A stretch of DNA of 64,000 bases from Escherichia coli (GTDB lineage: Bacteria > Pseudomonadota > Gammaproteobacteria > Enterobacterales > Enterobacteriaceae): the NCBI RefSeq assembly GCF_009931435.1, contig NZ_CP043414.1; one strand, 5' to 3'. Shown here piece after piece: positions 1 to 17,071 of the stretch (position 1 is its first letter; every line of letters starts with the position of its first letter). A model generated the notes under the pieces. It was given only the letters and a program-made list of their open reading frames with translations, searched no databases and had not been told where the DNA came from. The position numbers and the translations under genes are program-made.

Positions 1-4179
<4,179 letters not shown>

Positions 4180-4182
4180 AAC

Positions 4183-4215
4183 AATCGGATGGCGACGTCG
4201 TATCGCCATCCGATT
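4183..4215. terminator. Bidirectional hairpin between convergent ygjH and patA
   Basis: aatcggatggcga cgtcgta tcgccatccgatt perfect inverted repeat. Confidence 0.6.
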
Positions 4216-4220
4216 TGATA

Positions 4221-5711
<1,491 letters not shown>

Positions 5712-5941
5712 TTACGCAATATTTAATGCTATTTGTTAACATTTGCTGTTATTTTGCACGGTCTATATTGGGTATGGATGTGGTGATCGCTGCGCAAATG
5801 CACGCTTTTAGGGCAATAAATGCCTGATTTTTGGGCAAGATAATTAACGTTTTCGTATAGTAACAGAGTGAAAGTATTTTAAATCAAGGAATTAGATTTG
5901 TGCTTTAATCGCAAATTGCGATCTAAATCAAATTAATCGGT

Positions 5942-5968
5942 TAAAGATAACCGCAGCGGGGCCGACAT
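5942..5968 (+). promoter_or_regulatory. sigma28 (FliA)-type promoter for aer: TAAAGATA-N11-GCCGACAT
   Basis: Match to TAAAGTTT-N11-GCCGATAA consensus about 50 bp upstream of aer start. Confidence 0.6.
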
Positions 5969-6017
5969 AAACTCTGACAAGAAGTTAACAACCATATAAC
6001 CTGCACAGGACGCGAAC

Positions 6018-7538
6018 ATGTCTTCTCATCCGTATGTCACCCAGCAAAATACCCCGCTGGCGGACGATACCACTCTGATGTCCACTACCGATCTGCAAAG
6101 CTATATCACTCATGCTAATGACACTTTTGTGCAGGTGAGCGGCTATACCTTGCAGGAGTTACAGGGGCAGCCGCACAATATGGTGCGTCATCCCGATATG
6201 CCAAAAGCGGCGTTTGCGGATATGTGGTTCACCCTGAAAAAAGGGGAGCCCTGGAGCGGCATCGTGAAAAATCGCCGCAAAAATGGCGACCATTATTGGG
6301 TGCGGGCCAATGCGGTACCGATGGTGCGCGAGGGAAAAATCAGTGGCTATATGTCGATTCGTACCCGGGCGACGGATGAAGAGATTGCGGCGGTGGAGCC
6401 ACTGTACAAAGCGTTGAACGCCGGACGTACCAGTAAGCGTATTCATAAAGGCCTGGTGGTGCGTAAAGGCTGGCTGGGAAAACTGCCTTCATTGCCGCTT
6501 CGCTGGCGGGCGCGTGGAGTGATGACGCTGATGTTTATCTTGTTGGCGGCTATGCTTGGGTTTGTTGCTGCCCCGGTGGTGTCGTATTTCCTCTGTGCAT
6601 TAGTGGTATTGTTAGTAAGCGCCTGTTTTGAATGGCAGATTGTGCGCCCGATAGAAAATGTCGCCCGTCAGGCACTGAAGGTGGCGACCGGAGAACGTAA
6701 TAGTGTTGAGCATCTGAATCGCAGCGATGAGCTGGGGCTGACATTACGCGCGGTAGGGCAGCTTGGCCTGATGTGCCGTTGGCTAATTAACGATGTCTCG
6801 AGCCAGGTGTCCAGTGTCAGAAACGGCAGCGAGACGCTGGCGAAAGGCACTGATGAACTGAACGAACATACCCAACAGACGGTTGATAATGTTCAGCAAA
6901 CGGTGGCGACCATGAACCAGATGGCGGCGTCGGTGAAACAGAACTCTGCCACGGCGTCGGCTGCCGATAAACTTTCGATCACCGCCAGTAATGCGGCCGT
7001 GCAGGGCGGGGAGGCGATGTCCACGGTGATCAAAACGATGGACGATATTGCTGACAGTACCCAGCGCATTGGCACCATTACTTCGCTGATTAACGATATT
7101 GCGTTTCAGACCAATATTCTCGCCCTGAATGCGGCGGTGGAAGCTGCGCGTGCCGGAGAACAAGGCAAAGGTTTTGCAGTGGTGGCAGGGGAAGTGCGTC
7201 ATTTAGCCAGCCGCAGTGCTAATGCCGCCAACGATATTCGCAAGCTGATTGATGCCAGTGCTGATAAGGTGCAATCCGGTTCGCAGCAGGTACACGCCGC
7301 CGGACGGACGATGGAAGATATTGTGGCGCAGGTAAAAAACGTCACCCAGTTGATAGCTCAGATTAGCCATTCAACGCTGGAACAGTCCGATGGGCTTTCC
7401 AGCCTGACCCGTGCGGTGGATGAGCTTAACCTGATCACCCAGAAAAACGCCGAGTTAGTGGAAGAGAGTGCGCAGGTGTCGGCGATGGTGAAACACCGCG
7501 CCAGCCGACTGGAAGACGCGGTGACGGTGCTGCATTAA
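6018..7538 (+). CDS. aer: Aerotaxis receptor (PAS domain plus methyl-accepting chemotaxis signalling domain)
   Basis: ORF track 506 aa; MCP signalling motifs ILALNAAVEAARAGEQGKGFAVVAGEVRHLA. Confidence 0.9.
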   Translation: MSSHPYVTQQNTPLADDTTLMSTTDLQSYITHANDTFVQVSGYTLQELQGQPHNMVRHPDMPKAAFADMWFTLKKGEPWSGIVKNRRKNGDHYWVRANAVPMVREGKISGYMSIRTRATDEEIAAVEPLYKALNAGRTSKRIHKGLVVRKGWLGKLPSLPLRWRARGVMTLMFILLAAMLGFVAAPVVSYFLCALVVLLVSACFEWQIVRPIENVARQALKVATGERNSVEHLNRSDELGLTLRAVGQLGLMCRWLINDVSSQVSSVRNGSETLAKGTDELNEHTQQTVDNVQQTVATMNQMAASVKQNSATASAADKLSITASNAAVQGGEAMSTVIKTMDDIADSTQRIGTITSLINDIAFQTNILALNAAVEAARAGEQGKGFAVVAGEVRHLASRSANAANDIRKLIDASADKVQSGSQQVHAAGRTMEDIVAQVKNVTQLIAQISHSTLEQSDGLSSLTRAVDELNLITQKNAELVEESAQVSAMVKHRASRLEDAVTVLH

Positions 7539-7544
7539 TCGGTA

Positions 7545-7640
7545 TGCCGCATCCGGCGGTTGGCGCACAATGCCTGATGCGATGCTGGCGCATCTTATCA
7601 GGCCTACGGGGTGTGTAGGGTACGCCGCATCCGGCAATCG
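7545..7640. repeat. REP/BIME palindromic units between convergent aer and yqjI
   Basis: gcctgatgcgatgctggcgcatcttatcaggcctac and gccgcatccggc motifs. Confidence 0.7.
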
Positions 7641-7644
7641 GTGA

Positions 7645-8268
7645 TTAATCCAGTTGGGTAATATCAAAAGCGGCGCGGTCGATCACCGCAATGATCTTTT
7701 TTATTTGTGCATCAGTGATATCGCTCTGGTTGACGCGTAAATCCAGCACCGCTTTAAAATTATCCAGCGCCCGCTTCATTTGCGGGTTCTGGCGCAGCGC
7801 AGCGCCAACGCAACGCGCTTTGATGCGCTCTTCAATCATCTCCACTTGTTCGCGGTTTTCTTCCAGCCACTGCGCGCCTTGTTCGGTCAGCGCAATCTGC
7901 TTCTTACCACCTTCCTCTTCGCGGATGGTAATTAGCGACTGTTCCTGAAGAAAATCCAGCGTCGGGTAGATGACGCCCGGGCTTGGGGTGTAATTTCCCT
8001 GGGTCAGATTTTCAATCGCTTTAATCAATTCGTAACCGTGGCTGTCATCGCGCGAGAGAATATCCAGAATCACCAGACGCAATTCACCGTGACCAAAGAA
8101 ACGTTGCCGACGACCGCCGCCGCGACCGTGGCGACCACCACAGCATTGACCGTGTTCATGCTGGTGACCGTGTCCGCAGTGTTCGTGTTCTGATTTCTCA
8201 CCTTTGCAGCAGCCTTCATGACGTGGCTGGCCTTCATGTTTACAACACCCTTCGTGGTGATGGCTCAT
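7645..8268 (-). CDS. yqjI: PadR-family metal-responsive repressor with His/Cys-rich N-terminus
   Basis: ORF track 207 aa MSHHHEGCCKHEGQPRHEGCC. Confidence 0.85.
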   Translation of the reverse strand: MSHHHEGCCKHEGQPRHEGCCKGEKSEHEHCGHGHQHEHGQCCGGRHGRGGGRRQRFFGHGELRLVILDILSRDDSHGYELIKAIENLTQGNYTPSPGVIYPTLDFLQEQSLITIREEEGGKKQIALTEQGAQWLEENREQVEMIEERIKARCVGAALRQNPQMKRALDNFKAVLDLRVNQSDITDAQIKKIIAVIDRAAFDITQLD

Positions 8269-8367
8269 ATCAGCCTCCTTTGGCTTAATTAGATATATCT
8301 AATTTATATCTGATATGAGCGCTCTTGCAAGTGTAAAAATGATTTTTAAACGTGGACTCATCTCACA

Positions 8368-8404
8368 CGTAGGCCGGATAAGGCGTTCACGCCGCATCCG
8401 GCGT
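8368..8404. repeat. REP element in yqjI-yqjH intergenic region
   Basis: gtaggccggataaggcgttcacgccgcatccggc. Confidence 0.6.
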
Positions 8405-8484
8405 TGAGTAATGATGCCTGAGAAGAGGCGGTTCGTCTTATCAGACTATAGACATATCAGTTCTACAAATCGCTTGCATTTATC

Positions 8485-8503
8485 ACGATTAACAATCATT
8501 ATC
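8485..8503. promoter_or_regulatory. Fur box upstream of yqjH (half-site aatcattatc exact), flanked by YqjI-type palindromes tagatatatcta at about 8289 and 8521
   Basis: About 13/19 match to GATAATGATAATCATTATC; repeated palindrome tagatatatct seen near both gene starts. Confidence 0.6.
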
Positions 8504-8555
8504 ATTTAATAATTTTATTTAGATATATCTGATTATCATCACGAAGGCGATAACA

Positions 8556-9320
8556 ATGAATAATTCCCCCAGCTACCCACAGCGCGTTCGCAATGATCTG
8601 CGCTTCCGTGAACTGACTGTGTTACGCGTTGAGCGTATCAGTGCCGGTTTTCAGCGCATTGTCCTCGGCGGCGAGGCGCTGGACGGTTTTACATCGCGCG
8701 GCTTTGACGATCACAGCAAACTCTTCTTTCCTCAATCTGACGTTCACTTTGTGCCGCCAACGGTAACGGAAGAGGGGATCGTCTGGCCGGAAGGACCACG
8801 CCCACCGTCGCGTGACTATACGCCGCTGTATGACGAACTACGCCATGAACTGGCGATTGATTTCTTTATTCACGAAGGCGGCGTCGCCAGCAGCTGGGCA
8901 ATGCAGGCGCAACCGGGCGATAAACTCACGGTGGCAGGTCCGCGCGGTTCGCTGGTGGTGCCGGAAGATTACGCGTATCAGGTGTATGTTTGCGATGAGT
9001 CCGGAATGCCGGCACTGCGCCGCCGCCTGGAAACGTTGAGTAAACTTGCCGTTAAACCGCAAGTTACCGCGCTGGTCAGCGTACAGGATAACGCCTGTCA
9101 GGATTATCTCGCGCACCTTGATGGTTTTAATATCGAATGGTTGGCGCATGATGAGCAGGCGGTAGACGCACGCCTGGCGCAGCTGCAAATCCCTGCCGAT
9201 GATTACTTCATCTGGATAACCGGCGAAGGCAAAGTCGTTAAGAATTTAAGCAGCCGCTTTGAAGCGGAACAGTATGACCCACAGCGGGTACGCGCAGCGG
9301 CTTACTGGCACGAAAAGTAA
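8556..9320 (+). CDS. yqjH: Siderophore-interacting NADPH-dependent ferric-chelate reductase
   Basis: ORF track 254 aa; FAD-binding siderophore-interacting protein family; Fur box upstream. Confidence 0.85.
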   Translation: MNNSPSYPQRVRNDLRFRELTVLRVERISAGFQRIVLGGEALDGFTSRGFDDHSKLFFPQSDVHFVPPTVTEEGIVWPEGPRPPSRDYTPLYDELRHELAIDFFIHEGGVASSWAMQAQPGDKLTVAGPRGSLVVPEDYAYQVYVCDESGMPALRRRLETLSKLAVKPQVTALVSVQDNACQDYLAHLDGFNIEWLAHDEQAVDARLAQLQIPADDYFIWITGEGKVVKNLSSRFEAEQYDPQRVRAAAYWHEK

Positions 9321-9344
9321 CTGATATATAAAAAGAAAAAGGCT

Positions 9345-9368
9345 GACGATTTCTCGTCAGCCTTTGCT
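9345..9368 (+). terminator. Rho-independent terminator after yqjH
   Basis: ggctgacga tttc tcgtcagcc followed by ttt. Confidence 0.55.
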
Positions 9369-9373
9369 ATGTC

Positions 9374-9449
9374 TGGTGGCCCCTGCTGGACTTGAACCAG
9401 CGACCAAGCGATTATGAGTCGCCTGCTCTAACCACTGAGCTAAGGGGCC
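9374..9449 (-). tRNA. ileX: tRNA-Ile2 (anticodon CAU, lysidine-modified class)
   Basis: Reverse complement reads GGCCCCTTAGCTCAGTGGTTAGAGCAGGCGACTCATAATCGCTTGGTCGCTGGTTCAAGTCCAGCAGGGGCCACCA; cloverleaf with CAT anticodon loop and CCA end. Confidence 0.9.
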
Positions 9450-9573
9450 ATGGTAGCGGATTATAAAGTAACTCCGTGTCGCAATCCAGCCATTACCGCT
9501 CGCCTGCTGTTTTTATAAACAATGTATTTTCAATCCGTTATACTTTTCCTGGTGATGTTAGAAAGGAGTAAAT

Positions 9574-10080
9574 ATGGTTGAGGATATTTTGGCTCCAGGG
9601 TTACGGGTTGTGTTTTGCGGTATCAATCCTGGTCTTTCATCCGCCGGAACTGGTTTTCCCTTTGCTCATCCGGCAAATCGCTTCTGGAAGGTGATATATC
9701 AGGCTGGGTTTACCGACCGTCAGTTGAAGCCGCAGGAGGCACAGCATCTGCTGGATTATCGTTGTGGTGTCACCAAACTGGTAGACCGTCCAACGGTGCA
9801 AGCCAATGAAGTTTCAAAGCAGGAGCTGCACGCAGGCGGGCGTAAGCTGATTGAAAAAATTGAAGATTACCAACCACAAGCGTTGGCAATTCTGGGCAAA
9901 CAGGCGTTTGAGCAAGGATTCAGCCAACGCGGTGCACAGTGGGGGAAGCAAACGCTCACTATTGGTTCGACGCAGATTTGGGTACTGCCAAATCCCAGCG
10001 GTTTAAGTCGCGTTTCACTGGAGAAACTGGTTGAGGCGTATCGGGAACTGGACCAGGCGCTGGTAGTGCGTGGGCGATAA
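9574..10080 (+). CDS. mug: G/U mismatch-specific uracil DNA glycosylase
   Basis: ORF track 168 aa; GINPGL motif. Confidence 0.9.
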   Translation: MVEDILAPGLRVVFCGINPGLSSAGTGFPFAHPANRFWKVIYQAGFTDRQLKPQEAQHLLDYRCGVTKLVDRPTVQANEVSKQELHAGGRKLIEKIEDYQPQALAILGKQAFEQGFSQRGAQWGKQTLTIGSTQIWVLPNPSGLSRVSLEKLVEAYRELDQALVVRGR

Positions 10081-10082
10081 AA

Positions 10083-10157
10083 AACGCCACCGAAAAGGTG
10101 GCGTTTGTGCAAAGGGAAAAGTGCCGGATGTGGTGTAACGCCTGATCCGGCCTACCG
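10083..10157. terminator. Bidirectional terminator hairpin (acgccacc gaaa ggtggcgt) plus REP unit between mug and rpoD
   Basis: Inverted repeat flanked by A-run and T-run; REP gtgccggatg...ccggcctac. Confidence 0.6.
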
Positions 10158-10158
10158 A

Positions 10159-12000
10159 TTAATCGTCCAGGAAGCTACGCAGTACTTCAGAACGGCTCGG
10201 GTGACGCAGTTTACGCAGCGCCTTCGCTTCGATCTGACGGATACGTTCGCGGGTAACGTCGAACTGTTTACCCACTTCTTCCAGCGTGTGGTCGGTGTTC
10301 ATGTCGATACCGAAACGCATACGCAGAACTTTCGCTTCACGCGCGGTCAGGCCAGCCAGCACGTCGTGCGTTGCCGCACGCAGGCTTTCAGTGGTCGCAG
10401 AATCCAGCGGCAGCTCGAGGGTGGTATCCTCGATGAAATCCCCCAGATGCGAATCTTCATCATCACCGATCGGCGTTTCCATGGAGATTGGCTCTTTGGC
10501 GATCTTCAGCACTTTGCGGATCTTGTCTTCTGGCATCAGCATACGTTCAGCCAGTTCTTCCGGCGTCGGCTCGCGGCCCATCTCTTGCAGCATCTGGCGA
10601 GAAATACGGTTGAGCTTATTGATAGTCTCAATCATATGCACCGGAATACGGATGGTGCGCGCCTGATCCGCGATAGAACGGGTGATAGCCTGACGAATCC
10701 ACCAGGTTGCGTAGGTGGAGAATTTGTAACCACGACGGTATTCGAACTTATCAACCGCTTTCATCAGGCCGATGTTACCTTCCTGAATCAGGTCAAGGAA
10801 CTGCAAGCCACGGTTGGTGTATTTCTTGGCGATAGAAATAACCAGACGTAAGTTCGCTTCAACCATCTCTTTCTTCGCACGGCGGGCTTTCGCTTCACCG
10901 ATGGACATACGACGGTTGATATCTTTAACCTGCTCGATGGTCAGGCCTGTTTCTTCTTCAATCTGTTGCAGCTTCTGCAGAGCGCGATGCACTTCTTCAG
11001 AGACATCGTGCAGTTTTTCCGACCACGGCTTGTTCATCGCAATTGCCGCGTTGAACCAGGTATCGCTGGTTTCGTTGCCGGTAAACAGGGTAATGAAGTT
11101 TTTCTTCGGCATTTTGCACTGTTCAACGCAGAGCTTCATGATCAGACGTTCTTGCGTACGAACGCGGTCCATCATGACGCGCATGCTGTTGACCAGGTAG
11201 TCAAACTGCTTCGGTACCAGGCGGAACTGTTTGAATACTTCAGACAGTTTCAGGATCTCTTCCTGAGCGGCTGCGTGACTGCGACCTTTCGCTTTGATGG
11301 TGTCACGTGTTACAACGTACTGAGCGCGCAGTTCCGCAAATTTTTCGCGAGCCAGTTCCGGGTCGATGCTGTTGTCATCATCGGCGCTATCGTCATCGCC
11401 ATCTTCTTCGTCTTCATCTTCGTCATCGTCCAGATCTTCCTGGGAAAGCTCAGAACCGACGTGAGTGGCGGTAGGTGCCAGATCTTCTTCTGCGTTCGGG
11501 TCAACAAAGCCGGTGATCAGATCGGACAGACGCGCTTCTTCTGCTTCAACACGATCGTACTGTTCCAGCAGATAGGTGATCGCTTCCGGATATTCAGCAA
11601 CGGAGCATTGAACCTGGTTGATCCCGTCTTCAATACGCTTAGCGATGTCAATTTCGCCTTCGCGGGTCAACAGTTCAACGGTGCCCATTTCACGCATGTA
11701 CATGCGTACCGGGTCAGTCGTGCGCCCGATTTCAGATTCCACGCTGGAAAGCACCTGCGCGGCGGCTTCGGCAGCATCTTCGTCCGCGGTGTTTTCAGCC
11801 AGCATCAGATCATCGGCATCCGGTGCTTCTTCCATCACCTGAATGCCCATGTCGTTGATCATTTGGATGATGTCTTCGATCTGATCTGAATCGACGATAT
11901 CTTCCGGCAGATGGTCATTGACCTCGGCATAGGTCAGATAGCCTTGCTCCTTACCACGGGTGACAAGAAGTTTCAGCTGTGACTGCGGGTTTTGCTCCAT
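10159..12000 (-). CDS. rpoD: RNA polymerase sigma-70
   Basis: ORF track 613 aa [35 protein letters not shown]; acidic region [14 protein letters not shown]. Confidence 0.97.
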   Translation of the reverse strand: MEQNPQSQLKLLVTRGKEQGYLTYAEVNDHLPEDIVDSDQIEDIIQMINDMGIQVMEEAPDADDLMLAENTADEDAAEAAAQVLSSVESEIGRTTDPVRMYMREMGTVELLTREGEIDIAKRIEDGINQVQCSVAEYPEAITYLLEQYDRVEAEEARLSDLITGFVDPNAEEDLAPTATHVGSELSQEDLDDDEDEDEEDGDDDSADDDNSIDPELAREKFAELRAQYVVTRDTIKAKGRSHAAAQEEILKLSEVFKQFRLVPKQFDYLVNSMRVMMDRVRTQERLIMKLCVEQCKMPKKNFITLFTGNETSDTWFNAAIAMNKPWSEKLHDVSEEVHRALQKLQQIEEETGLTIEQVKDINRRMSIGEAKARRAKKEMVEANLRLVISIAKKYTNRGLQFLDLIQEGNIGLMKAVDKFEYRRGYKFSTYATWWIRQAITRSIADQARTIRIPVHMIETINKLNRISRQMLQEMGREPTPEELAERMLMPEDKIRKVLKIAKEPISMETPIGDDEDSHLGDFIEDTTLELPLDSATTESLRAATHDVLAGLTAREAKVLRMRFGIDMNTDHTLEEVGKQFDVTRERIRQIEAKALRKLRHPSRSEVLRSFLDD

Positions 12001-12194
12001 AAGACGGTATCCACACTTATTTCATGAGGTTGGTGTTGGGCGATTGACCCGCTGTCCTTCAGCCGTTAACGCTGAAATCCAACGGTTGTTTACCGCCAAC
12101 GATAATTACGAGGGCGTACTTATATATTTGCCGCTGCCTCTCAGTGCGGCTGTCGGGGGCTTCCCGATCGCTCTTCGGCACTTAAGCCGTTAAA

Positions 12195-13940
12195 TTACTT
12201 TTTCGCCAGCTCCTGGTTTAATGTCCAGAGCTCAAGGCGTTCTTCGTTGCTTAAACCATGCGTGCGCTCACGAGCGATTAACTCTTCCTGGCGCAGTTCA
12301 AGCAGCGAATCAAACATATGGTTGAGTGAGTCGGTGAAGGTTTGCTCAGCAATATTCCTATCTGCTATATCGTCCCACATCGACAGTTTTTCAAGGGTGG
12401 CAGCATTATTTGTACCACGATAGTGCTCTAAAAGTTGCCCGGTGGTCAGACCTGGCTGAGAGAGACAAGTGTTGACCAGTTCTCTGAATAAGCCAAGTCC
12501 AGGGAGCTTATTTTCATCCAGATTCTCAAGCGGCGGGACCAATGTCGCTAATTCTGGATTTTGCACCAGCAACCCTATAAGTATACGCATGGTCGTGCGT
12601 TTTAGCTGTGGAACAGGGCGAGAAACGCTGCTCTCCGCCGCTTTTGGCATTAATCGTTCAAGCTGGCTGTCATCAAGTATGCCTAATTTGTTGCCTAATT
12701 CCTGACGAAGATATATTCGCAGCGTTTCGCCCGGCACCTGCGATATCAATGGCAGTGCCAGCGTACTCAAACGTGCGCGCCCGTCAGGGGTACTCAGATC
12801 AACTTGCGGCATCAGACTGTTAAACAGAAAAGCGGAGAGCGGCATCGCCTGCTCCATCCGCGCTTCAAACGCTTCTTTACCTTCTTTGCGCACCAGCGTG
12901 TCAGGGTCTTCGCCATCAGGCAAAAACATAAAACGTAGCTGCCGTCCGTCTGTCATGTAAGGCAACGCCGTTTCCAACGCTCGCCAGGCAGCATCGCGAC
13001 CTGCACGGTCGCCGTCATAACAGCAAATGACATTGTTGGTCGCGCGGAACAACAATTGAATGTGATCGGCAGTGGTTGACGTGCCTAACGACGCAACGGC
13101 GTAATTAATGCCGTATTGCGCCAACGCCACCACGTCCATATAGCCTTCGACCACAAGCAGACGATTGGGTTCAGCGTTATCCTGCTGCGCCTCATAAAGA
13201 CCGTATAGCTGGCGGCCTTTATGGAAAATATCGGTTTCCGGCGAGTTCAGGTATTTGGGGGTATCGTTGCCCAACACGCGCCCGCCAAAACCAATCACCC
13301 GACCGCGTTTATCGCGAATGGGGAACATCACCCGTTCGCGGAAACGATCGTAACTGCGACCCTGATCGTTGGTGACCAACATGCCCGCATCAATCAATGA
13401 CTGACGATTTTCTGGATTGCCGCCAAACCGTTTCAGGACGTTGTCCCAGCCGGGGGGCGCAAAACCAATCGCAAAGCGGGCGATAACCTCGTGGCTTAAT
13501 CCGCGTTTTTCCAGATACTGGCGCGCAGACGTGGCTACAGGTTGCTGTAAAGATTGTTGGTAAAACGTATTCAGACCGTCCATCAACTGATAAAGCGTTT
13601 GCCGTTGATGGCGCTCGATCTGACTGGGGCCGCTGCCTGCTTCAAATGGCACTTCAAGATTGTGCATTGCCGCCAGCTCTTCGACCGTTTCGACGAACTC
13701 GAGCTTGTCGTAGTTCATCAGGAAGTCGATCGCATTGCCGTGCGCGCCACATCCAAAGCAGTGGTAAAACTGTTTTTCACCGTTAACGGTGAATGACGGG
13801 GTTTTCTCGTTGTGGAATGGACAACACGCGTGGAAATTCTTGCCCTGCTTTTTCAGCTTTACACGGGCATCGATCAGATCGACGATGTCAGTGCGTGCCA
13901 GCAGATCATTAATGAATACGCGTGGGATTCGTCCAGCCAT
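12195..13940 (-). CDS. dnaG: DNA primase
   Basis: ORF track 581 aa; zinc-binding CCPFHNEKTPSFTVNGEKQFYHCFGCGAHG. Confidence 0.97.
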   Translation of the reverse strand: MAGRIPRVFINDLLARTDIVDLIDARVKLKKQGKNFHACCPFHNEKTPSFTVNGEKQFYHCFGCGAHGNAIDFLMNYDKLEFVETVEELAAMHNLEVPFEAGSGPSQIERHQRQTLYQLMDGLNTFYQQSLQQPVATSARQYLEKRGLSHEVIARFAIGFAPPGWDNVLKRFGGNPENRQSLIDAGMLVTNDQGRSYDRFRERVMFPIRDKRGRVIGFGGRVLGNDTPKYLNSPETDIFHKGRQLYGLYEAQQDNAEPNRLLVVEGYMDVVALAQYGINYAVASLGTSTTADHIQLLFRATNNVICCYDGDRAGRDAAWRALETALPYMTDGRQLRFMFLPDGEDPDTLVRKEGKEAFEARMEQAMPLSAFLFNSLMPQVDLSTPDGRARLSTLALPLISQVPGETLRIYLRQELGNKLGILDDSQLERLMPKAAESSVSRPVPQLKRTTMRILIGLLVQNPELATLVPPLENLDENKLPGLGLFRELVNTCLSQPGLTTGQLLEHYRGTNNAATLEKLSMWDDIADRNIAEQTFTDSLNHMFDSLLELRQEELIARERTHGLSNEERLELWTLNQELAKK

Positions 13941-14050
13941 AGGCCCCGATTTTTAGCAATTCATAAACGAAAATAAGCCGCGCATTCCTTTCGGAAGCAC
14001 GGCCTTACAACTACAACTCGGTCTGATCGGAGAGCAACGCTCTCGGGGAA

Positions 14051-14305
<255 letters not shown>

Positions 14306-14503
14306 TCAACGCCAGCTTATTTCAAAATGGTGCGGAATTTTACTGCAATTGCTGCTGCTTTGTAAAGCACCGCGGCCTTTTTTGAAAGGGACTTTTATAA
14401 GGGTGAGGAGTATACACGAGGCTTTCTCCAGGGGCGAACAAAGTTTTACATCAACCCGCATTGGTCCTACACTGCGCGGTAATAAAGCGAGGTAAAACAA
14501 GTC

Positions 14504-15517
14504 ATGCGTGTACTGGGTATTGAAACTTCCTGCGATGAAACCGGCATCGCCATTTACGACGATGAAAAAGGTTTGTTAGCCAACCAATTGTATAGTCAGG
14601 TGAAATTGCACGCTGACTACGGCGGCGTCGTGCCTGAACTGGCCTCCCGCGATCACGTGCGTAAAACCGTACCGTTGATCCAGGAGGCGCTGAAAGAGTC
14701 CGGTTTAACGGCAAAAGACATTGACGCCGTGGCCTATACTGCAGGCCCTGGATTAGTCGGTGCGCTGTTGGTTGGCGCAACGGTCGGGCGTTCGCTGGCG
14801 TTTGCCTGGGGCGTTCCGGCGATCCCGGTACACCATATGGAAGGGCATCTGTTAGCGCCGATGCTGGAAGATAACCCACCGGAATTTCCGTTTGTGGCGC
14901 TGCTGGTTTCCGGCGGTCATACGCAGTTAATCAGCGTGACTGGCATTGGTCAGTACGAGCTGCTCGGAGAGTCTATCGATGATGCCGCCGGGGAAGCGTT
15001 TGATAAAACCGCGAAGCTGCTGGGACTGGATTATCCTGGCGGGCCATTACTGTCGAAAATGGCGGCTCAGGGTACAGCCGGGCGCTTTGTCTTCCCGCGC
15101 CCGATGACTGACCGCCCAGGGCTGGATTTCAGCTTTTCTGGTCTGAAAACCTTTGCGGCGAACACGATTCGTGACAACGGCACCGACGACCAGACGCGTG
15201 CTGATATCGCCCGCGCCTTTGAAGATGCGGTGGTCGATACGTTGATGATTAAGTGTAAGCGAGCGCTGGATCAGACAGGCTTTAAGCGACTGGTCATGGC
15301 AGGCGGCGTGAGTGCTAACCGCACGTTACGGGCGAAGCTGGCTGAAATGATGAAAAAACGCCGTGGCGAAGTGTTCTACGCGCGTCCGGAATTTTGTACT
15401 GATAACGGCGCGATGATCGCCTATGCCGGAATGGTGCGGTTTAAAGCAGGCGTGACGGCGGATCTCGGCGTTAGCGTGCGTCCGCGCTGGCCGCTGGCAG
15501 AGTTACCGGCCGCGTAA
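14504..15517 (+). CDS. tsaD: tRNA N6-threonylcarbamoyladenosine synthase
   Basis: ORF track 337 aa [20 protein letters not shown]. Confidence 0.95.
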   Translation: MRVLGIETSCDETGIAIYDDEKGLLANQLYSQVKLHADYGGVVPELASRDHVRKTVPLIQEALKESGLTAKDIDAVAYTAGPGLVGALLVGATVGRSLAFAWGVPAIPVHHMEGHLLAPMLEDNPPEFPFVALLVSGGHTQLISVTGIGQYELLGESIDDAAGEAFDKTAKLLGLDYPGGPLLSKMAAQGTAGRFVFPRPMTDRPGLDFSFSGLKTFAANTIRDNGTDDQTRADIARAFEDAVVDTLMIKCKRALDQTGFKRLVMAGGVSANRTLRAKLAEMMKKRRGEVFYARPEFCTDNGAMIAYAGMVRFKAGVTADLGVSVRPRWPLAELPAA

Positions 15518-15559
15518 AACTATTAGGTGCCGGAGAGTCACTTCCGGCACCGTCCTCAC

Positions 15560-17023
15560 TTAAAGCAACACCACGGGCATCCACAGTAAGCCGGTAATCA
15601 CCAGCAACACGAGGAATATCAGCCCAAAAATTGCCCCCAGTCGCCAGTAATCCACCGTTGGCAGATAACCACTACCGTAGTAAATTGGACTGGGTCCGGT
15701 GGCGTATGGCGTAAGAATGCTCCCCAGACCAATTGCCGCGCCAACCATCAGGCAGAACACGGGAAGCGGGATTTCCGGCATCGCCAGCGCGGCGGCAATC
15801 ATCATCGGCGCGAGAGCGGAGGTATACGCCGTGGCGCTGGCAAAGAAGTAGCGTAGCAGATAAAAGACCACAATCAACGCCACCATCACCATCGTTGGCG
15901 AATAACCGCTTAAGCTGCCTGCTAACAGTTTGCCAAACCAGCTAATAAAACCGGTGTTGTTGAGTCCGGTAGCGAGGGTGATAAGCGAGGCCAGCCAGAA
16001 GAAAACGTTCCACGCCGCTTTATTACTGACAATATCGTCCCAGCAGATAATGCGCAGAAGCAGCATCAGTGCCACCACGCTGTAACCGACCATCGCGGCA
16101 TCGATATAATCACCGCCGAAAATCCACAGCACCAGTGCGCCTACCATCAGCCCCAGCATCCGTTTTTCACGAGAACAGAGCGGGCCCATTGCCTGCAGTT
16201 CCGTCTCTGCCCAGCGCGGCACCTGATCACCAGACTTCAGTACCGGCGGGTACAGCACGTAAGCCAGCCAGGGAACCAGCAGAACCAGTAAAATGCTGAG
16301 CGGCAACATGCCGAGAAACCAGTCGCCCCAACTCAGCGTGGCGTGAGATGCGCTTTTCATCAGTCCAATTAACAGCAAGTTAGGTGCCATCGCCGTCAGG
16401 AAAATGGCGCTGGTCACGCAGTCGGCAACAATCCCCATCCACATGATGTACGAGCCAATGCTGCGCGAACTGCTGTCGTTTGGTTGTGATTGATAGAGCG
16501 GTGGCAGGTTACGGATGATGGGATAGATAATCCCCGCACCGCGCGCTGAGTTGGACGGTGTTACAGGTGCCAGGATCAGCTCGGAGAACATCACCGCATA
16601 GCCGAGAAACAGCGTACGATGCCCCATCTTTTTCACCAGAATCAGCGCGATACGTCGCCCCAGCCCGGTTTTTTCATAGCCTGTGCCAAACATAAAGGCG
16701 GCGAAAATCAGCCAGATAACCGAATTAGAAAAACCAGAAACCGCCCAGGAGAGGGATTTGGCGGTGAACTTAAAACCTGGCTGGGCGAGCTGCTCCGGGC
16801 TAAACAGCAGCCACGGCGAGAGAATGGCGATAATGGAGATACCCACCATCGCCACCACGGCACCCGGCACGGGTTCGAGGATCAGTCCAACGATCACGCC
16901 AGTAAAAACGGCAAAGTAGAGCCAGGTATGACTCTCCAGCCCTGCGGGAACCGGAATTAGAGCAATAATGGCGATGACCGCCAGCGGCGCAAGGTATCGC
17001 CACCATTCAGTGGAAGGTTTCAT
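15560..17023 (-). CDS. ttdT: L-tartrate/succinate antiporter
   Basis: ORF track 487 aa polytopic membrane protein; adjacent to ttdAB. Confidence 0.85.
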   Translation of the reverse strand: MKPSTEWWRYLAPLAVIAIIALIPVPAGLESHTWLYFAVFTGVIVGLILEPVPGAVVAMVGISIIAILSPWLLFSPEQLAQPGFKFTAKSLSWAVSGFSNSVIWLIFAAFMFGTGYEKTGLGRRIALILVKKMGHRTLFLGYAVMFSELILAPVTPSNSARGAGIIYPIIRNLPPLYQSQPNDSSSRSIGSYIMWMGIVADCVTSAIFLTAMAPNLLLIGLMKSASHATLSWGDWFLGMLPLSILLVLLVPWLAYVLYPPVLKSGDQVPRWAETELQAMGPLCSREKRMLGLMVGALVLWIFGGDYIDAAMVGYSVVALMLLLRIICWDDIVSNKAAWNVFFWLASLITLATGLNNTGFISWFGKLLAGSLSGYSPTMVMVALIVVFYLLRYFFASATAYTSALAPMMIAAALAMPEIPLPVFCLMVGAAIGLGSILTPYATGPSPIYYGSGYLPTVDYWRLGAIFGLIFLVLLVITGLLWMPVVLL

Positions 17024-17071
17024 CGTGTTATGCCTGCGAAAAAGGAGAGGGGGTGAGCCTCTCCGGGAGGG

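Noticed and set aside
9321-9573. tRNA ileX as a possible genomic-island integration site
   Set aside because: tRNA is intact with normal flanks; no integrase, direct repeat of the tRNA 3' end or foreign genes nearby
10966-11889. 307-aa plus-strand ORF antisense to rpoD
   Set aside because: Lies entirely within the conserved rpoD coding region on the opposite strand; low-complexity composition typical of a shadow ORF
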